Shown here: piece after piece, positions 11,890 through 25,230 of the stretch
Layout: the number at the start of each line of letters is the position of its first letter
Numbering within the stretch: position 1 is the first letter of the stretch
Assembly: GCF_006345805.1 (NCBI RefSeq)
Contig: NC_043004.1
Coordinates: forward strand, 63,984,001 to 64,048,000
DNA from: Octopus sinensis
Lineage: Eukaryota
Direction of reading: 5' to 3'
Length of the DNA stretch: 64,000 bases
The notes under the pieces: model-generated
Databases searched by the model: none
What the model saw: the letters and a program-made list of their open reading frames with translations, nothing else
Told to the model about the DNA's origin: nothing
Program-made: the position numbers and the translations under genes

Positions 11890-13315
11890 TGTAATCAGAT
11901 ATGGAATTGGAATTGTTGGCTGGACCAAAGACGACTTTCAGAAACTCAACCGAAGCCGTAGACAATGTATGGAGCCCATCGTCCGAAAGCTGATATCAAC
12001 CGGTTGTACATGAAGGCGGCAAGCTGGCAGAATCGTTAGCACGCCGGGCGAAATGTTTAGCGGTATTTCGTCTGCTGCTACGTTCTGTGTTCAAATTCCG
12101 CCGAGGTCGACTTTGCCTTTCATCCTTTCGGGGTCGATTAAATAAGTACCAGTTACACACTGGGGTCCATATAATTGACTTTATCCGTTTGTCTGTCCTT
12201 GTTTGTCCTCTCTGTGTTTAGCCCCTTGTGGGTAGTAAAGAAATAGGTTGTACATGAAGAGAGATTGGAGTGGTAGAGGTTTAATTGCTGATGAAGAGTG
12301 TGTACAGATGGAAAGGAAAAGCCAACTAGAATCTTTATAGAACAGCAGAGATAAATTACTAAAGACTGTGAATAAAGAGCAGGTGATCAAGTGTGGAATA
12401 AGACAAAAGGGAAAGAATGAAATTAAAATAATCCATGTTAAATAGATTAAAGAGAAACATTTGCATGGTCAGTTTGGAAAGACAATGAGGATACATGCGT
12501 AACAAAATCCTGGGCTTCGCTAAGGCAAGGGCATTTAAAAGAAAGAAACAGAGCACCTAATTATAGCAGCTCAATATCACGCGATAAAAACAAACAACTT
12601 GAGAAATTATTGTGTAGGGAGAAGGTATCAGAAAAATGTAAAGTCTGTGGAATTTAAACTCAGACAGTGGCTGACATTGTTGCAGGATGTCCCAAGTTGG
12701 CGTTGGGAGAATATAAGTAATAAAGGCATAACAAGGTTGTGAAATTTTTATACAGGAGGCTTTGTTAGAAATGAGAATTTGAAGCTGGAAGCACATGGTA
12801 TGACCATCGGGTTGGAAGAGTAATAAAGTCAGAGAAATGCAAAAAATCTATGAGATTTTCCTATTCAAAAAGATAAGAAGCAAGAAAACAACAGACCAGA
12901 CATAACAATAATAGACAAGCAAAAGCGAAGTTGCTTACTAATTGATCCATCATGCCCTTTTGATTCCAGGATTGGAAAAATAAAAAAAGACGATGAAGAG
13001 CAAAAAAATATAAAATTGCTTAAAATTTAAAGTTGCAAGAATATGGACTATGAAAACTATAAAAGTTGTGTCTGTAATAATTGGTGCATTGGGAACTATA
13101 AGTATAAAAGTATAGAATAATGTTTGAATGACATTGGAATAGACTTTCCTGTACAGTTTTTACAGAAGGTTTACCTCTTAGGGACAGGAAAGATTAAGAC
13201 GCACTTCAAACATAATTGAAAGCTTGTAGATAGCTAAGGTTACATGTAGCAACCCGAAATTCTATCGTGAATGAGAACGAACCTGAGTCAAATCAATGGT
13301 AATGATAATAATAAT
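11890..13315 (+). mobile_element. Decayed RLE LINE (RT thumb to endonuclease), split by SINE B
   Basis: VIRYGIGIVGWTK, GAHRPKADINRLYMKR..GRGL, HLHGQF, KETEHLIIAAQ, NNRPDITIIDKQKRSCLLIDPSCPFDSRI, LQKVYLLGTGKI; (TAA) tail. Confidence 0.9.
12016..12245 (+). mobile_element. Full-length SINE B with TSD
   Basis: A box tggcagaatcg, B box gttcaaattcc and Meta-like body. Direct repeat GGTTGTACATGAAG at 12002-12015 and 12246-12259. Confidence 0.92.
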
Positions 13316-13317
13316 AA

Positions 13318-13500
13318 TCCTTTCTGCTATAGGCACAATCCTTGAAACTTTTTGGGAAAGGAGCTAGTCGACTGCATCGACAATAGGGGTCAACTGGTAC
13401 TCATTTAATCGGGCGTGGTAGGATGAAAGGTAAAGTCGACATAAGTGACATTTGAACCCCATGTAAAGTCAGTAGAAAGCATTTTGTTCGACACGCTAAC
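13318..13500 (-). mobile_element. Decayed SINE B (alternative tail tgtgcctatagcagaaagga)
   Basis: ggatgaaaggtaaagtcgac and atttgaac motifs. Similar copies at 15727-15920(-), 17060-17255(+), 29420-29640(-), 34300-34525(-), 43285-43530(-), 43560-43860(+), 52290-52420(-) and 57130-57200(+). Confidence 0.75.
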
Positions 13501-13519
13501 GCCAGGTCTCCTGATAGCG

Positions 13520-14200
13520 GAACAGGAACAAAAATCTTCTCCAATATAAACCAAAAGGAGATGATGAAGTATAGTAAGCAAACTTGAAGTATATAATCAG
13601 TAGCTGCAGTAGATGTGGAAATGGGGAAGAAGCAATTAACCGCATTATGTATGATTGCCCACTTTTAACCAAGAACCAAGAAGGTATACCTCAATTGTGT
13701 TGGAACTAACAAACATTGGATGTTATGCAAGCATTACGATATAACGATAGAAAAGAGATGATATAGACCAGAAAAGGTCTAGGAAAATGTCAAAGTAACC
13801 ATAACAGATAAAATATGCCAAGAGAAACAAACAAGCAGATCTAGGATAGGTAGCCAGATATTGTGGTCAAGGGTTTCCAGAGTAAAAAAAAAACTGCTCC
13901 TAAACTGTGTATCAATCACAAAAGCTGGTATGATACTCTAACAGAGACGTAGAAATCATACAAATCTAAATATCTAAAAATAGAAATAACCAAAATGGAG
14001 AGCGTAAAAGCAGAAATAATTATCATGGGACAAATAAAAGACCACAACCCATTTGCAGAAATATTTACCAAATACAAGATCTCAACCCAAAGTGGAAACA
14101 ATTATCAATGAGACAAATACAAGATCATAACCCATATGACTTATAAATATGCATCACATAGAAATGGTAGGGGTCGTACACATATTACGTAGGATACTTT
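13520..14200 (+). mobile_element. Decayed RLE LINE fragment
   Basis: Remnants of a CSRCG-type knuckle (tgcagtagatgtgga), HWMLCKHY and PDIVVK. Confidence 0.6.
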
Positions 14201-14249
14201 TAATACAATAAAAATAAATCCAGGACATAAAGTAAACAAAGCTGCACTC

Positions 14250-14691
14250 AGTACTCCAGTGATGTTCCGCAGTACGAATAAAGATAATCTAATAATGACA
14301 AGAAAGGAAAGAGGCTCAAACTTTTCATATGTCTCTCTCACGAGACACTAGAGTGAAAGATAAAGAGCATGAAGACATGGAGACGGATGAGCCATTGAAA
14401 TAGGGGACTGGAAGGTTGTGGCAGATGACGAATGTTCTAGTGGTTCCAGTGATGATCGGAACATTGAGATGTATGTCGGACAGTTTGAAGGGATGGGTAA
14501 ATATAATAGGAGTTGATTCAAGGTTGCAGGTCATGCAGAAGTCTACTTCTTGACATAGAAAGATTTTAAGAGAAGTCATGTCTATACAAGGTACGAGAGA
14601 GAAAGAAATAAGGGACCTTTGTCAACTTGTTGACTGCTCCCTAACTGAGACAGTTTAACATTTAGGGGGCTGAGATTTACAAGATTGAAAT

Positions 14692-14695
<4 letters not shown>
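14250..14695 (+). mobile_element. RLE LINE 3' end
   Basis: DTRVKDKEHE, GRLWQMTNVLVVPVMIGTL, QVMQKST..RKILREV, then (TAA)n. Confidence 0.8.
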
Positions 14696-14730
<35 letters not shown>

Positions 14731-14923
14731 TAATAATAATAATAATAATGATAATAATAATAACAACAACAACAACAATAATAATCACAAAATAAAAATA
14801 TTGTGCCGTTCACTCCTCCAAGCCCCACAAACATAAGTAAATGTCACACACGCTTGAGAATCACCGAGGTGCATAAGATGGTGTTGTAGAAATACGCGTA
14901 AAACTACGCAGAAATTTTCATAG

Positions 14924-14988
<65 letters not shown>

Positions 14989-15015
14989 TAATAATAATAT
15001 AATAATGATATAAAG

Positions 15016-15052
<37 letters not shown>

Positions 15053-15152
15053 TGATGAGATGATGATGATGATGATAATAAATAATAATAATAATAATAA
15101 TAATAATATATATAATATAATAATAATAATAAAATATAATAATAATAATAAA

Positions 15153-15701
15153 ATGCCCTGATGCAGTACCAGGCAGTGGCTCTCATGGCTTCTGATCTTA
15201 ACTGATTGGAAGTATTATCATGTACATTGTTTTGTCTGGTATAAAAGATGGGCTACAGCAAATATTCTGCTCAATACCACAGATTTGCTTGTCAGTTGTT
15301 TGACCTTAACCAGTGAGCATGTCCCTTAGTGGTTGACGATATGTGCATCTCTGATCACGAGCAGAAGTAGTGGGGGAGCATCATAGCCATGTGTTGAGAG
15401 GGATTCTTTGGGGTTTGAATAGTTCACCTCTGGAAACATGGGTGGTTCTTTCAACATCCTTAAACAACCCTTATTCAGGGACCGTTTGAGCAGAGGGCTA
15501 CTCAAAATGAAGAAAATTCTAACTGGGCCCCACCTGCAAGGTCATGTGCTTTTATCTGATATGAGATCACCATGTCGCGCACATATGGTTGTGATGCATG
15601 TGCCTGGTGTAACTTGATCAGACGGGTAGTCATGATGGGTAATTGGGCTTCGTATATTTTACCCCAGTGTCACTTTGATGGCATGAACTGCTCTCTCACT
15701 C
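15153..15701 (+). mobile_element. Family E, longest copy (~550 bp), between (TAA)n tracts
   Basis: Starts tgccctgatgcagtaccaggca and ends ctctctcactc(aat)n. No ORF and no evident Pol III boxes. Confidence 0.85.
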
Positions 15702-15924
15702 AATAATAATAATATTAATAATAATAATCCTACTATTGGCTCAACGCCTGAAATTTTGGGAGAGGGGGTGAGTCGATTACATTGATACCGTTACTCAACT
15801 GATATTTATATTATCGATCCCATAGGGATGAAAGACATTATCGACCTCGGCGTAAAGACGGACGAAACACTGCTAAGTATTTTTTTCCGGCGTCCAGACG
15901 TACTTGCTAACTCACCGCCTGAAG

Positions 15925-16060
15925 ATGATGAAGAAGAAGAAGAAGAAGAAGAAGAAGAAGAAGAAGAAGAAGAAGAAGAAGAAGAAGAAGAAGAAGAAGA
16001 AGAAGAAGAAGAAGAAGAAGAAGAAGAAGAAGAAGAAGAAGAAGAAGAAGAAGAAGAAGA
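15925..16060. repeat. Pure (GAA)n
   Basis: Seen directly; similar tracts at 17300-17540 and 48980-49217. Confidence 0.95.
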
Positions 16061-16362
16061 TGGGCAACAGCAAATATTCTGCTCAATACCACAGATTTGC
16101 TTGTCAGTTGTTTGACCATAATCTGTTGAGCATGTCTTTTGATGGCTGACGATATGTGCATCTCTGATCACGAGCAGAGGTTGTGGGGGAGCATCATAGC
16201 TGTGTTGAGAGGAATTCTTTGGAGTTTTAATAATTCACCTCTGGAATCATTGGGTGTTTGGTTCATCGTACTTATATAAACCTTATTCAGGGACCCTTTG
16301 AGCAGAATGGGCTACTCGACCTGGAGCAAATTCTAACTGGGCCCCACCTGCAAGGTCATGGA
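16060..16362 (+). mobile_element. Family E, internal diverged copy
   Basis: Matches ~15247-15545. Confidence 0.8.
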
Positions 16363-16593
16363 TTGTAATAATAGCAACAACAACAACAATAATAAATATA
16401 AGGATATTTAAAATAAAGGGCAGACGGGATTTCCCTCAGTTATATTAGTTATATTATCCACATGTGTTGCAATTACAAATTTGAGTACTGGCTTTTAAGC
16501 TGAAAGTAGAAACTTTATATTCGTGTGAGTAGATGAGGATACTTCCTGATGAATGCGTTTCAACTCTTCACAGGGACTCATTTCCTTGACATA

Positions 16594-16757
16594 GGCGCGC
16601 AGGAATGGCTGTGTGGTAAGTAGCTTGCTCACTAACTACATGGTTCCGGGTTCAGTCCCACCGCGTGGAACCTTGGGCATATATCTTCTACTATAGCCTT
16701 GGGCCGACCAAAGCCTTGTGAGTGGATTTGATAGACGGAAACAGAAAGAAGCCCGTC

Positions 16758-16815
<58 letters not shown>

Positions 16816-17009
16816 GTTTGTGTGTCTGTGTTTGGCCGCCCACCACTATTTGCCTTTCCGTCCCTGTAACTTAGCGGTTCGGCAAAAGATGGCGATAGAA
16901 TAAGGACTAGGATTACAAAGAATAAGTTCTGGTGTCGCTTTGTTTGACTAAAGGCGGTGTACCAAAATGTCCGCAGTCAATTGACTGAAACAAATAAAAG
17001 ATCAAAAGA
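16594..17009 (+). mobile_element. SINE family A (tRNA head plus CORE-like ccttgggcaag)
   Basis: A box tggctgtgtggt, B box ggttcagtccc, internal (TG)n and conserved tail. Confidence 0.88.
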
Positions 17010-17300
17010 GCATGAAGTCTATTCAAAGTTGATTCTTTAGCCTTCTATAAACATGTTTTCTTTTTAAGCACAGCGGGCAAAATTGTTAGCAATATTTCAT
17101 TCGTCTTTACGCTATAACTTCAAATTATACCGAAATCGTCTTTGCCTTTCATACTTTCGAGACCGATTAACTAAGTACCAGTTATACACTGGAGTCGATG
17201 TAATCAACTAGACCCTCCCACGAATTTCAGGCCTTGTGCCTATCTTAGAAAGAGTTCTTGTAGTTGTTGTTGTTGTTGTTGTTAATAATAATAATAATAA

Positions 17301-17331
<31 letters not shown>

Positions 17332-17429
17332 AAGAATATGAAGAAGAAAGAGGAGGAGGAGGAGGGGATAGGAAGAAGAAGAAGAAGAAGAAGTGAAAGA
17401 AGAAGAAGAAGAAGAAGAAGAAGAAGAAG

Positions 17430-17460
<31 letters not shown>

Positions 17461-17906
17461 GAAAGAAGAAAAAGAAGAAGAAGAAGAAGAAGTGAAAAAA
17501 GAAGAAGAAGAAGAAGAAGAAGAAGAAGAAGAAGAAGAAGAATTCTGATTTTAAGCAACACAACATTTTCATTTTGTTTTTTTCATTCTTTCATGTTTTG
17601 CTACAAGAGCAAAAAGGAAACAATCATAATACAACAGAATAAAATACATGTAGTGTGAGATAAGGGGGATGGTGGTTGTTGTAATGGTTGGGTTGAAGTC
17701 GTGGCAGCCGTGGCGATTGTGGTAGTGGAAGTGGTCGTGGGGCCGAAAGTGTTGGAGTTCCACTTGTTTTGTGCTTGTGGTTAATGTTGTTGTTGCTATT
17801 GCTGGTTTTGTTGTTGTTGGTGCCGGTAGGGGTTGGTATTCTTCTTCTTGGTGGTGGTGGTGGTGGTGGTGGCGGCGGCGGCGGCGGCGGGGGTGGTGGC
17901 AGATAT

Positions 17907-18143
17907 TCTCTTTTACTCTTTTACTTGTTTCAGTCATTTGACTGCGGCCATGCTGGAGCACCGCCTTTAATCGAGCAACTCGACCCCGGGACTTATTCTT
18001 TTGTAAGCCCAGTACTTATTCTATCGGTATCTTTTGCCGAACCACTAAGTAACGGGGACATAAACACACCAGCATCGGTTGTCAAGGGGGACAAACACAA
18101 CACCAAACACACACAACACACCACACACACACACCCAACACAC

Positions 18144-18202
<59 letters not shown>

Positions 18203-18371
18203 TATATACGACGGGCTTCCTTCAGTTTCCGTCTACCAAATCCACTCACAAGGCTTTGGTCGGCCCGAGGCTATAGTAGAAGACACTTACCCAAGGTGCC
18301 ATGCAGTGGGACTGAACCCGGAACCATGTGGTTGGTAAACAAGCTACTTACCACACAGCCACTCCTGCGCC
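17907..18371 (-). mobile_element. SINE family A, young copy
   Basis: Reverse complement of 62688-63081. Confidence 0.92.
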
Positions 18372-18418
18372 TATGATAGAGAAATTATTTAGCTTAATAA
18401 CATAAAAGTAATACTTAC

Positions 18419-18481
18419 ATGAAGGAAAATCCCCATTGCAAGACAAGTCCACGTTAGCTGAACAAAGTTTGAAAGTGCCAT
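18419..18481 (-). CDS. Candidate first coding exon encoding a signal-peptide-like N-terminus (MALSNFVQLTWTCLAMGIFLH)
   Basis: AAAAGATGG Kozak context, 21 codons with a hydrophobic core, then a consensus donor CAT|GTAAGT (phase 0). The sequence is non-repetitive. No downstream exon was found. Confidence 0.35.
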
Positions 18482-19170
18482 CTTTTGAAAGGCAAACAAG
18501 TCGTAGATTTTAAATTATATATGTATATATATATATATATATATGTATTTATATATAAATATAATTTAAAATAGTTATATCTTACAAGTATATGTATGTG
18601 TATAAATATATATACATATATACATAAACAGTTAATTATATATCCTGGCTGGCGGTAGATTGATAAATATATCAAGTTAGCGACAAAAGTTTTTCTTTTT
18701 TTTTTCCTTTTCTCCTTTTCGCAATTTCGACGATAAACGAGCGGAGAAAACTTCGCTGTAAACTTCTTTGGCAAGAAACGGAGCGAAGAAGAAACTGCTG
18801 CTGTTCTCCAGGAGGAATGGCACTATGTATGCATGGACTCTGTGTCTGTGTGTGTGTCTGTCTGTGCGTGTGCGCGCGTCTGTGCGTGTATGTTTGTGTA
18901 TGTATATGTATGAGTATATTATATATACATATATATATATATATAGAATTAAGGGTAAAACTAATTAATTACGAAGTAATCAATAAATTTCACCAAGTAG
19001 AATTCGGTATGAAAACAGGACCGCTATACGGTAAATTCTAGTAATAGTAATATTGAGGGGTCAGCAAAAGAAATGCATCACCACATACCGATGTTCAGAA
19101 ATAGCAGCCAGAATCTAAGCCATTTCTTCTACTTAAAAAAAGGGTCTACCAGAGAAACCATAATACTTGA

Positions 19171-19223
<53 letters not shown>

Positions 19224-19903
19224 TAGAGAGAGAAAGAGAGAGATGTAAGTATATGTAAATATATATGTATATATGTGTGTATATATGTGTGTATGTGTGC
19301 GAACACGCGTTTTTGCTTTGTTATTGTAACTATTTAGTAGCTGTTGTAATATTGTCCATTCTCCATATTTTCAACAGTTAATATTATCAACTGTTTATTA
19401 AATTATACTTTTTACTTACTTGACATTTATTAACTTATATTAACTGATGCTGGTCTTTGTTTAATTGCTTGTATTTTATGCAGTTTGTTTTTTTGGGGTG
19501 AGAGGTGGAATTTTGGTTGTCTTTTTTTATATGGACTTGTTTTTTTTATATGTTTATACGTCTATTTTTTTTTAATGCGAACGAAAATACAATTTTCCCT
19601 GGTTTGTACACAGCACTAATAAAAGTTAATTGTACAAAATCAATACGTGTGTATATGTGTACGTATATGTATGTGTGTATCTGTTTGTGGGTGTGTGTCA
19701 GTGCTGCGCACGCGTGTGCGTCATTGTCTATAAGTATGTGTGAGTATATTTGTGTTTCCGGAAAAAAATATATAAATAAATATGTTCTATGTTATTGAAA
19801 AAAAAATTTAGAGGAACGATGGATAAAATTTAGTATAGGAGAAAAAGCAATGTGTGTGTGTGTGGGTGCGTGTGTGTGTGTACGTGTGTGTGTGTGTGTG
19901 TTG

Positions 19904-19960
<57 letters not shown>

Positions 19961-21454
19961 GTTAAAACGTCAGGCCCAAAAAGCAATAACTGATTTCGCT
20001 CTTTTACGGATAAGCACGTGAGTGAATAGGAACAAGTTATTGCAAGTGAATTAGTTTCTACAACTTTCTAATATGAAATGTGTTGCTGTTGTAATTGTTG
20101 TTGTTGCTGTTGTTGTTGCTGTTCTTGTTCTTGTTCTTGTTCTTGTTATAGTTATTGTTGTTGGCAGAAGGTAGCAAGCGATCGATCGCCTACATTAAAT
20201 TGTCTCACTTGTACACGCGCCGAAATAACTCTAACACGCTCCCTCCCTCCTTCTTTCTTTCTCTCTCTCTTTCTCCCTCTCTCAGATTCTGTATTTATCA
20301 ATCTATGTGTCTATCTATCTCTCTATTTATTTGTCTGTCCGTCTGTCTGTCTGACTGTTAGTATGTTTGTCTGCTTATCTACCTTTCTCCTTCACAGAGC
20401 AAAAATCCCGCGAGAAAAAAACAAAAAAGAACGTGGAAAATAAAACTAGAAGAATTTCAATACAGAAAAAAAATTTAAATAAAATCCACCGATAATGTTG
20501 TTGTCGATTGGAAAAGTCAGGAAAGTAAGAAAAAAGCAGTGAGTGATGGGGAAGGAGAGGGGGATGGCAGAGAGAGTCAGAGAGAGCGACAAAGAGACAG
20601 AGAGACAGAGAGAAAGAGAGCGAGAGTGAGTTAGATTGTTAGATACAATGGGAGAAATATGAAGACTGATAGTGTATGGGGGGAGAGGTTTGAGGTGTGT
20701 TTCCTGACGTAGTAGTGGTTGTGTATTACCAGTGGTAGAAGGAAGAGACACGAAGTGAGGACTATTTCCAGCGTTACAATTCCCCGACACACGTCATTTC
20801 AGCAACGTTATTTCCATGGTATTTCTAATGGTCCAGCGATCGTGTATACACACGCACGACACGCCAAGAAAACTGCTGCGATGTTTGTGAGGCAAGGAAA
20901 AGGAATCACAGTCTGTATAAGCATGCATGTATGAATGCCTTTTAGTTATTGGAGATATGCCGCTATCACGACGATATGTTCATGCGCACCTTGTGTCTAT
21001 GTGTGTGTGTGTGTTTGGGAAAGGGGCACCGTAGCTCTCTGACCACGTTGCGCCTGCGTGTCAGCATGTGCATATATGCAAATGTGTGCATACATGCGTT
21101 TATCAAGTGCGTTTCTTGGATAGCGCGCGTGTCTAAGAGTCGTCTATAAATCCAGTCTATTTTCGTAAGAAGCGAGTGTGTATGCGCTCATGGTTATTCA
21201 TGTACATCAGTGTGCGTGTATGTATGTTGAGTGCATATGTGTGCGTTCGTACGCGCCTGCGTATGTGTCGGTGTGTATGAGGCCATGTGTGAGTATGTGT
21301 GACTATACATCCAAGTAAGCGTTTGTGATTAGTGATCTGTGCCAGTATAGAACTGTGTTTTCAGCTATATGTATGTATATATACATGAGTGCACACATAT
21401 GTGCATACATACATTCATATTCACCCATATATCTATATGTTGCTTTTTTCTTGG

Positions 21455-21519
<65 letters not shown>

Positions 21520-21880
21520 CATATATTCTTTTATTTGTTACAGTTATTTCACTGCGGCCATGCTGGAGCACTACCTTTCTAAGCCTAGTACTTATTCTAA
21601 GTACTAGTAAACACACTCACAAGGCTTTGGTCGGTCCATAGATATAGTATGTATATGTATATATGTGTGTGTGTGTGTGTGTGCGCGCGCGCGCGCATGT
21701 ATGCATGCATGTGTGCACATATATGCATGCATAGTTATATATATAAGTATATATTTATACATATATATAATATATATAATATGTATATATAGATTTATAT
21801 AGATTTATATATAATATATGTATACATATATATATATATATATACATATATATATACATATGTATATATATCTATCTCTT

Positions 21881-21920
<40 letters not shown>

Positions 21921-21943
21921 TATATATATATATATATATATAT

Positions 21944-22250
21944 CACCGTCACCGTGACCGACCAGGCTATCAGATGTTGCTCACATCGCTGGTCACAATG
22001 AGCTTCGCATTGTTTTAGCCTTCAAATGACGCCACCCCGCTGGCTAAGCGAGCAGGCCAAAAGAAGAAAGAGTGAGAGAAAGCTGTGGCGAAAGAGTACA
22101 GCAGGGATCGCCAGAACCCCCTGCCAGAGCCTTGTGGAGCTTTAGGTGTTTTCGCTCAATAAACACTCACAACGCCCGGTCTGAGAATCGAAACCGCGAT
22201 CCTACAACCGCGAGTCCGCTGCCCTAACCACTGGGCCATTGCGCCTCCAC
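21944..22250 (-). mobile_element. tRNA-derived SINE family C, body type 1
   Basis: Head gtggaggcgcaatggcccagtggttagggcagcggactcgcggttgtaggatcgcggtttcgattctc with A and B boxes. Confidence 0.88.
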
Positions 22251-22424
22251 ACACACACACATCACACTTTGAGTCGAACCAGGGACAGCTGATGAAGGGG
22301 AATTTTCCTTGTATTGTTTGTCCTGTACTCTGTTTTTTCATTGTTTAAAAAAAAAAGTCTTTTTCCTCGTTTGATTTTATGTTTTCGTTTCTCGTGGTTC
22401 TACGTTTATTTGTGGTGTCCTGTA

Positions 22425-22501
<77 letters not shown>

Positions 22502-22655
22502 GATATATATATACATGTATATATACATGTAGATGTAAGTATGTACATATATGTATGTATATATGCATATATGTTTTATTTATTTATTATATTACTATAT
22601 ATATATATATATATATATATACGTGTGTTTTTGTGTTTTTGAGTTTTACGTGCAC

Positions 22656-22686
<31 letters not shown>

Positions 22687-23284
22687 ATACACACTCATAT
22701 AATCAAGTATTATGCATAATTAAGTAGAACAGCGTGTTTATTTCGCCTAGGAAATGGTTGACTGTGACTTCGAAGTTCCGTCTTGGTTTCCTTAAATTCT
22801 ATATATGTCAATTCGTATGCGTGTGTGTCAGTGTGTGTGTCTGTCTGTTTATGTTTACCTTTGTTCACGTGTTCGCGTGTGCACATGCGCGACCATGGAT
22901 ATGTTGCATCTTGTGTTTCGGTCCCTCTTGTCAATATGAGTATCAAGACATCTGTGGATGATACGTGTGTCTATGTGCGTGTGCGTGTGAGTCTGTTGGT
23001 GGGACTGTGCATGTGTACATTATTCATATATATATGTATGTATATGTTTATGTGTGTATATATTTTTACGAATGCGGTTACATGTCTCTGCTAGTATATC
23101 TATTTCCGTGAGTCTATGCAGACGTGTATAAAAGAGATGTGTATTTTTTTTCAAACGTGCGTATAATATGACAGCGTATTCATATCTGTGTATACACAAA
23201 TGGAATTTCAATAACATACCTGTATAACTATTTGTAAGAATGCATGCCTAGACACACGCACACACACACACACACACAGATACG

Positions 23285-23320
<36 letters not shown>

Positions 23321-23516
23321 ATTCTTCTCTGGAAGAGTGTGGCTCAAAGTACACAAAACCATAATTAATAGATTGTAAATATAGCATTGAACAAACCCTT
23401 TTGGACCAAAGATTTGTGGGCTGCTCATGGGACAAAAACCCACAATTGTAGTAGAAATGACAGGTGTTTAATGTGTTGTGTGTGTTTGTGTGCATGTGTG
23501 TGTAGTATATTTTATA

Positions 23517-23554
<38 letters not shown>

Positions 23555-23563
23555 TATATATAT

Positions 23564-23601
<38 letters not shown>

Positions 23602-23804
23602 AATATATATATACATACATACATACAATATACATATACACACACAAACATATATGTATATATATATATATATTATATACACACATACATACATACATAC
23701 ATACATACATACATACATACATACTACATATGAATGTCTGCATGTATGTATACATATATGTGTATATATACGTGCATGCTGGACTTGTAATTTTAAATGT
23801 GCGA

Positions 23805-23878
<74 letters not shown>

Positions 23879-24212
23879 TATATATACGCACATGTACATA
23901 TATACGTATATATATATGTGTTTTTGTTTTTGTGTGTGAATATGTGTGTGTGATTGTGTACGAATATATGCATACTGCTAATTCTGCATGAGTGTGTTAA
24001 CAGATTTGAATATGTACACAGATGTGCATGAGTGAATGAATGGTATGTGTATGCATAAGTCTGTTTGCAAGTCTGTGTAATTGAGCGTGCATGTTAAAAT
24101 GTTAGGTCAGCGTGTCATGGTTGCGTGCATTTAAAAGTACACAGGGGTACAACCTTAAGGCTTTGTCTGTGTACATATGCCTGCGTTTGTGTATATGGGT
24201 GCTCTTTCGTTT

Positions 24213-24277
<65 letters not shown>

Positions 24278-24596
24278 CAGGAAGACATGTGCGTTCCATC
24301 AAATTTGACATCGAGCGAAATTAAAAAGAAACGGACAAAAGACGATGAGAATGAAAGGTGGAGGTGAGTTGAGAAAGAGGAAGAGGAGAGAGGGAGGAGG
24401 GTAGAAGGAGGAACGGGTGAGAAAGTAAGATGGAAGGTTTATAAAAATTGATTGGAAAATCGAAAGAGAAAGAAAAGAGAAAGGAGAAAGTTGAAATGAA
24501 AAGAGAGATGATGGAACCAACGCGAACGATGGGAAAACAAAGAGAATGATGGGAAGAGGGAGGAAAAGATTGATGAGTATGATGTAATAAAATCGC

Positions 24597-25230
24597 AGTG
24601 GTGGTGGTGGTGGTGGTGGTGGTGGGGGTTGTGGTGGCCATCGTAGTAGTAGTAGTAGTAGTGGTAATGTTGGCAGTGGTGGTTGTAGAAGTGGTGATTT
24701 GCTGATGGTGGCAGTGGTGGGGGTACGCTCGGAGATGGGATTGGTGCAGGTGCAACCCGTGGTGGTGGTGGTGGTTTTGGTGGTGGTGGTGCTGGTGGTG
24801 GTGGTGCTGCTGGTAGTGTTGGTGCTGGTGCTGGTGGTGGTGTGGTGGTGGTGGTGGTGGTGGTATGGTGGTAGTGGTGATGGTGGTGGCTGTGGCGGTG
24901 GCGGCGGCGGTGGTGGTGATGTGGTGGTGGTGATTGTGATGGTGGTGGTGGTGGTGGTAGTGGTGGTGATGGCGGCGGTGGTGGTGGTGCTGGTAATAAT
25001 GTTTGCAGGGAGATGAGGTAAATGGTCTGGTGGTTGTGGTGGAGGTGGTGGTTGTGGTGGTGGTGGTTGTGGTGGAGGTGGTGGTTGTGGTGGTGGTGGT
25101 TGTGGTGGAGGTGGTGGTTGTGGTGGTGGTGGTGGTGGTGGAGGTGATGGTGGTGGTGGTGGTGGTTGTGGTGGAGGTGGTGGTTGTGGTGGTGGTGGTT
25201 GTGGTGGAGGTGGTGGTTGTGGTGGTGGTG
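24597..25230. repeat. (GGT)n-rich array
   Basis: Seen directly; a second array lies at 25843-26272. Confidence 0.95.

Noticed and set aside
15153-15260. HDV-like or twister ribozyme at the 5' end of family E
   Set aside because: I could not build the required pairings by eye; only a small hairpin is supported.
22170-22250. tRNA gene
   Set aside because: It has A and B boxes but no closed acceptor stem and continues into a SINE body; the same applies to the other SINE heads.
22285-22320. Hammerhead at CTGATGAAGGGGAATTTTCCTT
   Set aside because: A stem II-like hairpin is present but GAAA and stem III are missing; at most a dead pLTR fragment.
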